A stretch of DNA of 64,000 bases from Candidatus Poribacteria bacterium. Its GTDB lineage: Bacteria; Poribacteria; WGA-4E; UBA9662. The stretch covers positions 1-64,000 of the forward strand of contig JAYGDX010000280.1 of NCBI GenBank assembly GCA_046582655.1, written 5' to 3'. Position numbers and translations under genes: made by a program. Of this stretch, positions 40,184 to 47,528 are shown in pieces (within the stretch, counting starts at the first letter, position 1; each line of letters opens with the position of its first letter). The notes beneath the pieces were generated by a model. That model had not been told where the DNA came from. It did no database searches and saw only the letters and a program-made list of their open reading frames with translations.

Positions 40184-40507
40184 TCAGGCTCTTACATCCA
40201 GATTGTCGCCCAAGTCTCGAGACTGAGACTCTTCATGTTGAGTGTTAGGTTCTTCTTCTGGTTGAGGTGGAGTTTCTTCTTGCTGAGAATCTACTTCCTG
40301 TTGAGAATTTACTTCTTGAGAAGCGGATTGCTCTTGAGGGGGAACCTGCTCAGGTCTCTCATCTTCAGGTGGTGTCGCTTCTGTCGCTTGGCTTTCGTTG
40401 ACAAAGTTTTCGGCTTCATCAGCCCTACGTTGATATTGTTCATTATTTGCTTGATGAGTGGATAAAGCGAATGAAGTAACACTGTTTTCTAGACCAGTGG
40501 TTCTCAT
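40184..40507 (-). CDS. Possible small acidic low-complexity (Glu/Gln/Pro-rich) protein encoded over an imperfect 18-nt tandem repeat
   Basis: SD GGAGAT upstream of the ATG. Product ...PQEQSASQEVNSQQEVDSQQEETPPQPEEEPNTQHEE. A basic, Leu-rich ORF of similar length runs on the opposite strand, so the coding strand is unresolved. Confidence 0.3.
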   Translation of the reverse strand: MRTTGLENSVTSFALSTHQANNEQYQRRADEAENFVNESQATEATPPEDERPEQVPPQEQSASQEVNSQQEVDSQQEETPPQPEEEPNTQHEESQSRDLGDNLDVRA

Positions 40508-40778
40508 AACAAATCATCTCCGTATAATGTTTTTTTGGTTAATTGGATGCATGCAAGATGCTATTTTCCTTTAGGACTTGCTGCCTACAATAAGATGCAG
40601 ATATAATGATGCTTGATTACTTATCGGCAAGAGGGAACAGAAACTTTAGGATGATGCAGAAAAAACTTGATTTTATTTTGCTAACATCTGCTAATTGATG
40701 CAGGATTGCGGATTCTTTTGTTGGTTAGAAAGTGTGATTCTAGTAGTAGGGATAGACCAAAATTAGAGGAGTGTTATT

Positions 40779-41645
40779 GTGGAATTTATTCGGCTAACCG
40801 ATGAACAACTTCATCACTTTGACGAAAATGGATATCTGGTTGTACCGCAAGCCATGGATCAGGATGCAATTGAGAGAATCGTCGAAATGGGTGATCGGTT
40901 CATGGAATTTGAACTCTGCCGTTTACATGGAGATCCTAAACCAATAAACTACTATTTTAACCGTTATTTTGATCTTACCCAAAATGAAATTTTGCTTCAA
41001 GTCGTTACCAATTCGAATACAGTACCATTAGTAGTTCAGCTACTTTCGTCGGATATTCGATTAAGTGGCGGGAACCTGATTTATAAGTATCCTCAGCCGG
41101 CTTCATCTACTCCCGTTTATCCTGACGGGGATGGTAGATCTTTTCGAAATTGGCATCGAGATCTCAATAATTTCGCTCCAAACCACCCGATCCGGAATAC
41201 GGTTGCTATCAGAGTTACTTACTGCCTAACTGACTTCAGTCAACCAAACTCTGGTATCACTCTGCTGGTTTCAGGTAGTCATCGGCTGATAGAACCACTA
41301 CATTTTGATAAACGGGATTCTCAACAACCAGAAGCGGATATTTATCCCGGTAAAGTGATAGAGCTTTCCTTACGTCCTGGTGATGCTTACTTATTCAGTA
41401 CTTTGATCTATCACACTCCCGCAGTGAATTTTACTGACAGTGTTGCTAAGGTGCTGATGGCCAACTACGCCTATCGCTGGTGGGGAGATCTGGTTTATCA
41501 AACAGCAGATGAAGTATTTGATAAAGTCGACGACATCGGAACGCAACTTCTCGGTAAAAACATTAATGGGAATTTACCGTTAACTGAATGGGCAAAAGAA
41601 TATGGTATTCTGTTGGGTGAGCAACAGATGCGTATTTATGTTTAG
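40779..41645 (+). CDS. PhyH-family (phytanoyl-CoA dioxygenase-like) Fe(II)/2-oxoglutarate oxygenase
   Basis: N-terminus LTDEQLHHFDENGYLVVPQAMD (PhyH signature), H-x-D at NWHRDL, distal His in YHTPAVNFTD. Tandem paralog follows. Confidence 0.7.
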   Translation: MEFIRLTDEQLHHFDENGYLVVPQAMDQDAIERIVEMGDRFMEFELCRLHGDPKPINYYFNRYFDLTQNEILLQVVTNSNTVPLVVQLLSSDIRLSGGNLIYKYPQPASSTPVYPDGDGRSFRNWHRDLNNFAPNHPIRNTVAIRVTYCLTDFSQPNSGITLLVSGSHRLIEPLHFDKRDSQQPEADIYPGKVIELSLRPGDAYLFSTLIYHTPAVNFTDSVAKVLMANYAYRWWGDLVYQTADEVFDKVDDIGTQLLGKNINGNLPLTEWAKEYGILLGEQQMRIYV

Positions 41646-41693
41646 TCGTGGTAGATCAACAAATAACTTTTAGTATCGATCTAGGGAGATCTT

Positions 41694-42542
41694 ATGGATT
41701 TTGTCCGGCTAACCGAAAAACAGCGTCAGGATTTTGACGGGAATGGATATTTGATTGTACCGCAAGCCATTGATGCACAGACCGTTGCACTTCTAACTGA
41801 ATCCGGTGACCGATTAATGGCGTCGTTTGAATACGAAGGTTTTTACGCGCATAAACGTCATGGGTTAGTCCAAGAAGAGGCGTTCTTATCTCTGGTGGCG
41901 AACTCAAGTACGGTGTCTTTGATCGTTCAATTGCTAGGTACGAATATTCATATGACAAATACCTCTCTAATTTATAAACATCCACAAGATAAAACGCTTG
42001 TTTCTGAGAGGAATTGGCATCGTGACGTTGGGGTACATTTAGATTTGGGGCATGATCATCTGCCCCGTGTTGGCTTAAAGGTTGGTTACTGTCTGACAGA
42101 TTGTATGGAACCGAATTCGGGATCGACTTTGCTTGTAGCGGAAAGCAATAATTTGACTCAGCCGTTAGTTATTCCCGCCGATCAAACGGACCCGCCTGAA
42201 TTTGATGAGCCGTTTTTGAAAGCCGGCGATGCTTTCCTTTTTGAAAGCCGTACCTACCACGCACCAGCACTTAATTTTACCGATTCAATCGCCAGATCAG
42301 TCATTTATGGCTACCACTACCGTTGGATTAAACCCGACTATTATCTACGATATTATGATGGTCAGCAACAGCCGGCAGAATATTTGTTAACAAAGATGGA
42401 CGATATCACCAGACAGCTTTTAGGCGCACAAATGGATACAACGAGCCGTCCAACTCCGGATGGCATTGAGTGGCCAATAAGAGAATGGACCGAACGTCAC
42501 AACATTGCACCGGAACAAATTCCTCAAGTGAATAAGGTTTGA
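41694..42542 (+). CDS. PhyH-family Fe(II)/2-oxoglutarate oxygenase, tandem paralog
   Basis: LTEKQRQDFDGNGYLIVPQAID, NWHRDVG (H-x-D), YHAPALNFTDS. Collinear with 40779-41645. Confidence 0.7.
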   Translation: MDFVRLTEKQRQDFDGNGYLIVPQAIDAQTVALLTESGDRLMASFEYEGFYAHKRHGLVQEEAFLSLVANSSTVSLIVQLLGTNIHMTNTSLIYKHPQDKTLVSERNWHRDVGVHLDLGHDHLPRVGLKVGYCLTDCMEPNSGSTLLVAESNNLTQPLVIPADQTDPPEFDEPFLKAGDAFLFESRTYHAPALNFTDSIARSVIYGYHYRWIKPDYYLRYYDGQQQPAEYLLTKMDDITRQLLGAQMDTTSRPTPDGIEWPIREWTERHNIAPEQIPQVNKV

Positions 42543-42716
42543 TTAACTCAGTTATGGTTGTTGAGTTCGTTACTTAATAAGTGAATTTAAATCTACCGAA
42601 ACAAAGGGAAATTTAAGCCTTATATAATCAATGTTATATGAGGCGACATAATACAATTTTAGTTAGTGGCTGTTTAATCTTGTCCAAGCTACCACTAACG
42701 TTTTCTAAGAATAAAA

Positions 42717-42752
42717 AACGGTCAAGCAACTGATGAATATTGCTTGACCGCA
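42717..42752. terminator. Bidirectional Rho-independent terminator between convergent genes
   Basis: aaaaaaCGGTCAAGCaactgatgaatattGCTTGACCGcattttt: a perfect 9-bp stem with a 14-nt loop, A-run upstream and T-run downstream. Confidence 0.5.
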
Positions 42753-42830
42753 TTTTTGATGTAGCTACTTACGAGTAATTATTAAACTTCAATATTTAAC
42801 CTGAGATTGAAGTTTCAAAAGAAATCCTGA

Positions 42831-43568
42831 TTATTTCCTAGACTTTATTCGGCTCCATGTTGTGGCTGGTTTTGACTGGGGTTCGACAGCAAAGGCATCC
42901 TCCCAACCGTTTAGCAATTGACCGATTTCGTCGGCATCTAAAGCACGATTACAAATGACAATCTCATCTATGCCACCAGTGAATGGTTCTGAACCGAACT
43001 TAAGTTGCAAAGTTGAACCGGGATGAATATCTCCACCCCACTGCGGTTTCCAGTCAGCACCGCCAGCATCTAAGGCACCTTCTTTGCTTTCAGGTTTGCC
43101 GTCAACATACATTTCCACGTTTTTACCATCATAAGTTCCAGCGACGTGATACCATTTCTTTTGTTCTAACTCGGTTTGTCCGTAGAAACCGGGAGTGATT
43201 CCCTGCGTAGTCCAAATTCTAAATGAAAATCCGTGTTTCACCGGTTCACTACTGGATTGATCTTCCAGCAGATAAGCGCCATTTTTCCTCGGGCCCGTGT
43301 CAGAATCAGCGTCAACCCGAAACCAAGCGGCAATTGTCATTTCCTTCTTGACGCTGAGTAAGCTATCCGAATCTTTGACGTCAATGCTGCCACCTCCTTT
43401 AGCAAAGACAGCCTTACCAAACTTACCCTTTTCGAATTTAAAGTCTCCAGTTTCTTTTCCCTTATTGTCGTTTCCGGATGAATCCTCGTAATCGCCATCG
43501 AGGAGCCAAACACCAACTATCGCTTTATCATCCGGTTCTAGAGCCCATAAGGACGCAGATACAAACAA
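42831..43568 (-). CDS. Secreted concanavalin-A-like lectin/glucanase (LamG, Laminin_G_3-type) domain protein; 5' end apparently frameshifted
   Basis: WYHVAGTYDGKNVEMYVDGKP...GGIDEIVICNRALDADEIGQL is the LamG_3 pattern. The SD-supported ATG at 43594-43596 is out of frame by one base in an A4 tract (see finding). Confidence 0.6.
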   Translation of the reverse strand: MFVSASLWALEPDDKAIVGVWLLDGDYEDSSGNDNKGKETGDFKFEKGKFGKAVFAKGGGSIDVKDSDSLLSVKKEMTIAAWFRVDADSDTGPRKNGAYLLEDQSSSEPVKHGFSFRIWTTQGITPGFYGQTELEQKKWYHVAGTYDGKNVEMYVDGKPESKEGALDAGGADWKPQWGGDIHPGSTLQLKFGSEPFTGGIDEIVICNRALDADEIGQLLNGWEDAFAVEPQSKPATTWSRIKSRK

Positions 43569-43801
43569 AGCGAGGCATACTGTAATATCTTTTCATCACA
43601 TAACTCTCCTTTTAACGCAAAAAAACCCGACTGGTTATCGAGGTTTGATGAGTCTCAATTTAGGATCTCCAATCAAATTGTAGCATAATATTATATGTAC
43701 TGTTTTCGCAAAATCAAAAAAAACAGAAAAACTTAATATTGAAAATTGAGTCAGGTATAATTTATATCCTGTTTTCTCAAAAACATCTAAGGAAGTATCA
43801 G

Positions 43802-44575
43802 ATGAAAATTAATAAATCCTATTTTGACAAAATTAGGTTCGTTTGGCTTTTTTTTCTTATTCATGCAAATCCCCTGATAGGTGAGATTAATAGTGGCAAC
43901 CCAATTGAATCAACTGCTTACTATTTGCAGCTAACACCACCTAGTGCTGATGGGATCGGTAAATTTTACTTTGGTCGTGAAATCTCGCATGTCATGGGAC
44001 ATCAAGGCGCTAACTGGTTAGAACGTCCTGAACGCGAGTTGGAGGAGCGACCTGATATACTGATCGAGTCACTAAATATAAAACCACAAGATGTCGTCGC
44101 CGATATGGGAGTTGGAACTGGATACATTGCTTGGCGTATGGCCAGAAAATTATCATCTGACGGTTTAGTCTATGGGGTTGACATTCAACAGGAGATGCTT
44201 GATTTGTTCGTTAAGAACATGACGGATCGAGGGTTTACAAATGTTAAGGCAACGCTTGGTACCATCATCAATCCCAAATTGCCACCGAACTCGATAGATC
44301 TTGTCATTATGGTTGATGTCTACCACGAGTTTTCACACCCGTATGAAATGGTGCAGGGAATCTGTCGCGCGTTAAAGGTCGGTGGACGAGTCGCTTTCGT
44401 CGAATACCGTGCAGAGGACCCCAGTGTGCCTATTAAACGTCTACACAAGATGACCGAACTGCAGGTGTTAAAAGAAGCCACACCCCATCCTTTGGAGTGG
44501 GTGGAAACAATTGATGCTTTGCCTCGTCAACACCTGATTATCTTTAAGAAAATTTCCTATCTAGAGAATAATTAA
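43802..44575 (+). CDS. Class I SAM-dependent methyltransferase with N-terminal signal-like sequence
   Basis: SD AAGGAAG sits 8 nt upstream of the ATG at 43802. MKINKSYFDKIRFVWLFFLIHANPLIG. Motif I VADMGVGTGYIAWRMA; motif post-II GGRVAFVEYR. Confidence 0.65.
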   Translation: MKINKSYFDKIRFVWLFFLIHANPLIGEINSGNPIESTAYYLQLTPPSADGIGKFYFGREISHVMGHQGANWLERPERELEERPDILIESLNIKPQDVVADMGVGTGYIAWRMARKLSSDGLVYGVDIQQEMLDLFVKNMTDRGFTNVKATLGTIINPKLPPNSIDLVIMVDVYHEFSHPYEMVQGICRALKVGGRVAFVEYRAEDPSVPIKRLHKMTELQVLKEATPHPLEWVETIDALPRQHLIIFKKISYLENN

Positions 44576-44616
44576 AGAACCTTTTAATCCATCAATAGAA
44601 ACTGAAGGAGACTCAT

Positions 44617-45663
44617 GTGCCGATCTTTACAGAGACGGAACTAACTCAGACCTGCTTGAAAATGCTGAAGAGCGTTGGAGTATCAAATACAGAGGCTGAG
44701 ATTGTAACTAAGTCGATGGTCGATGCCAATCTGGTCGGGCACGATTCTCATGGGATCATCCATTTACCCAAATATATTCAGGGCATAACAGATTCCTCAA
44801 TCCAGCTAGATGCAAAAGTAGAAACTGAGCGGGAGTCTCCATCTATAGCAGTATTGAATGGAAACTGGGGGTTAGGCCCCGTGATAGCAACACATGCGAT
44901 GGAATTGGCGGTTCAAAAAGCTGGACAAACCGACATTAGTTCGGTAGCTGTACGTAATTGCAATGAAGTCGGTCGATTGGGAGGTTATGGTATAGTTGCA
45001 ACAGAGCAAAATATGATCAGTATCATATCAGTTAATGATCATGGTGCAGGTCAGTGTGTTGTCCCACACGGTGGAATTGAAGCCAGACTTTCAACCAACC
45101 CGATTGTTTATGCTATCCCAGTCTTAGGTCGAGAACCAATTCTTTTGGATATGTCAACCAGCGTGGTGGCATCAGGCAAAGTCCGGATAAAAAAGAACCG
45201 AGAAGAGTCAGCACCTGAAGGATGGATTATCGATGCAGAAGGCAATCCAACAACCAACGTCGATGATTTTTATGGGCCTCCGCCAGGTGCACTGTTGCCT
45301 TTGGGAGGCATTGCTGCCCATAAAGGGTTCGGTCTCAGTTTTATTGTTGATATTTTGTCAGGTGCGTTAGGAGAGGCAGGTTGCAGCCAAGAAGGAGCAT
45401 CCAGAATTGGTAATGGTTTTTTTGTCATTATCATCAAAATTGATAGCTTTACGGATTTTTCAACTTTCAGCCAAGAAGTTGACCGCTTTATCAGGTACGT
45501 TAAGTCTGCCAAAAGATCGTCTGAATCGGAAGAGATCTATCTACCTGGCGAACGTGGATTTCGCGAGAGAGATCGGCGCTGCCGAAATGGGATCTTTATC
45601 GAAGAGGAAACGTGGGAACAAATTCGGGTGACGGCAGAGGAATATCAGGTCAAGCTCGATTGA
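44617..45663 (+). CDS. Ldh_2 family (malate/L-lactate/sulfolactate/ureidoglycolate dehydrogenase family 2) oxidoreductase
   Basis: GHDSHGIIHLPKY, STNPIVYAIP, LDMSTSVVASGKV, LGGIAAHKGFGLSFIVDILSGAL are collinear with E. coli AllD/YbiC-type Ldh_2 proteins. GTG start. Confidence 0.8.
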   Translation: MPIFTETELTQTCLKMLKSVGVSNTEAEIVTKSMVDANLVGHDSHGIIHLPKYIQGITDSSIQLDAKVETERESPSIAVLNGNWGLGPVIATHAMELAVQKAGQTDISSVAVRNCNEVGRLGGYGIVATEQNMISIISVNDHGAGQCVVPHGGIEARLSTNPIVYAIPVLGREPILLDMSTSVVASGKVRIKKNREESAPEGWIIDAEGNPTTNVDDFYGPPPGALLPLGGIAAHKGFGLSFIVDILSGALGEAGCSQEGASRIGNGFFVIIIKIDSFTDFSTFSQEVDRFIRYVKSAKRSSESEEIYLPGERGFRERDRRCRNGIFIEEETWEQIRVTAEEYQVKLD

Positions 45664-45693
45664 GAACTTGTCTCTTCCACAAAACAGATAGAT

Positions 45694-47016
45694 CTAACAA
45701 TCAATACTTGTTAGAATGTCCTTTAAGGTTTCAACGATTTGATCTGCTTCATCCAGAGTTAGAATCAGCGGAGGGGCGATAAAAATAATATTCTCTGGTT
45801 CATCAGCGGCATGACTGATCTTACCGATTAAAATACCACGCTCTTTCATCTGGCTAACAATTGTGCTGGTTTTCATTGTGTCCAGGTTGGTTTTGTCTGC
45901 ATTAATTAATTCGACTCCAATCATTAAACCTTTGCCTCGAACTTCGCTGACAATGGGAAAATCTTGTAACAGTTTTAGTCTTTCTAGTAGATGGGTTCCA
46001 ACCTTTGTCGCATTTTCCCACAGCCGTTCTTCTGTCAGGATTTTCAGGTTTGCCAGACCTGCCGCGCAGGTAACAGGATGGCCGGCATAGGTGCAGACTT
46101 GACCAAACTCTTGTTTGTCGCCAGGATCCCCCAAAAAAGCATTAAACACTTCTGTTGTCGCCACACAAGCAGAGAGTGGCAGATAACCGCTTGTCAATCC
46201 CTTAGCTAACGTAATAATATCAGGTTGTATATCCCAGTGTTCACAGGCAAACATAGTTCCTGTTCTGCCAAAACCAGTTATTACTTCATCAATTATTAAT
46301 AACAGATTGTGTTGATCACAAATTTCACGCAGCTTTGAAAAATAATCATCGGGTGGAACAATTACACCACCACCTCCGATAATTGGTTCTGCTATAATGG
46401 CGATGACCGTTTCAGCGCCCTCCCAACGAATGGTACGTACAATTTCATCAACGCAAGTTGGATGAACGTGCTTAAAACCTGGGACAAGCGGTTCAAACGC
46501 CGTTCTTCGCGGAGACTGGCCTGTAGCCGACATGGAACCGTAAGTGAATCCGTGATATCCACGATAACGGCTAATAATCTTATAACGGTTTTGTTCCGGA
46601 TACATTTGTCGTCCATACTGACGTGCGATCTTGATAGCTGTTTCGTTAGCTTCCGAACCACTATTACTGAAATAAACGTGATCTAGATTTCCTGGTAACA
46701 AGTCTGCTAATTGTTTGGCTAACAGTGTTGCAGGCATATTGATCTGTGAATGTGGGTAATACGGTAATTTTCGGATCTGTTGGTAAACGGCATCCGCAAT
46801 CTCCTCTCGACCATAACCGACGTTGACATTCCAAAGTCCTGAGTAGGCATCTAGATACTGACGTCCGTCTGTGTCAGTAATTGTTGTGCCTTTTGCTTCT
46901 TCAAATATGGCAAGGTCAACCTGTTCCAGATTTTTGTGCTGAAAAAGTGGATGCCAAACATGATCTCGGTCGATTTTCCTATAGTCCTGCGAGGAAAGTT
47001 CTTCCTGTATGTTCAC
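45694..47016 (-). CDS. Class III (omega) pyridoxal-phosphate aminotransferase
   Basis: HVWHP...; LLIIDEVITGFGRTGTMFACEHWDIQPDIITLAKGLTSGYLPLSA (PLP lysine in LAKGL). 440 aa. Confidence 0.9.
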   Translation of the reverse strand: MNIQEELSSQDYRKIDRDHVWHPLFQHKNLEQVDLAIFEEAKGTTITDTDGRQYLDAYSGLWNVNVGYGREEIADAVYQQIRKLPYYPHSQINMPATLLAKQLADLLPGNLDHVYFSNSGSEANETAIKIARQYGRQMYPEQNRYKIISRYRGYHGFTYGSMSATGQSPRRTAFEPLVPGFKHVHPTCVDEIVRTIRWEGAETVIAIIAEPIIGGGGVIVPPDDYFSKLREICDQHNLLLIIDEVITGFGRTGTMFACEHWDIQPDIITLAKGLTSGYLPLSACVATTEVFNAFLGDPGDKQEFGQVCTYAGHPVTCAAGLANLKILTEERLWENATKVGTHLLERLKLLQDFPIVSEVRGKGLMIGVELINADKTNLDTMKTSTIVSQMKERGILIGKISHAADEPENIIFIAPPLILTLDEADQIVETLKDILTSIDC

Positions 47017-47528
47017 AATGATTCCTCTCTAAAGTGTTGCCTAAACTTGGGATATGAATCTTAAAATGAGATATTCTTGCTCAAAGCGAAGTAATCTGTG
47101 TTCAAAGAGTTATAAATACCTAAACTGAATACCTTGTTGGGTTCTATTAAGACGAAACTATTCTAGCATAGAGCCTAATTTCAAGCAATGCTTTAATACT
47201 ACTGTGGATTTTTGTGTGTCAGTGACTTGGGCTATTTCAGTTTGATTGTAATTAGTTTACATCAAAGTATAAATCTGGTATCTTTATTCTTTAATCAACT
47301 GTTTACGGTTTCTGATTAACGTTCATTTGATTTTGGTTTGCCTCTTTTTGAGCGTTACCAGCGCGATTTTGTTCAGTTGAATTTACACTCATAGTATGTT
47401 GTGGTATGAATAATTTTTTGGGATGTTTCCGGATGAAAACAATTTTGGTTTTAGTAAAGGACTTGTTTCGTAGGTTACCCAGTATTCAGCCATAGCCTAA
47501 CAGCATATTTAATGGAGGTTCGATTCCT

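Noticed and set aside
40175-40465. 96-aa basic Leu/Arg-rich plus-strand ORF
   Set aside because: Mirror image of the tandem repeat. The minus-strand acidic ORF has the better RBS. Kept only as an alternative in the finding.
41692-41985. 97-aa minus-strand ORF
   Set aside because: Overlaps the second PhyH gene on the opposite strand.
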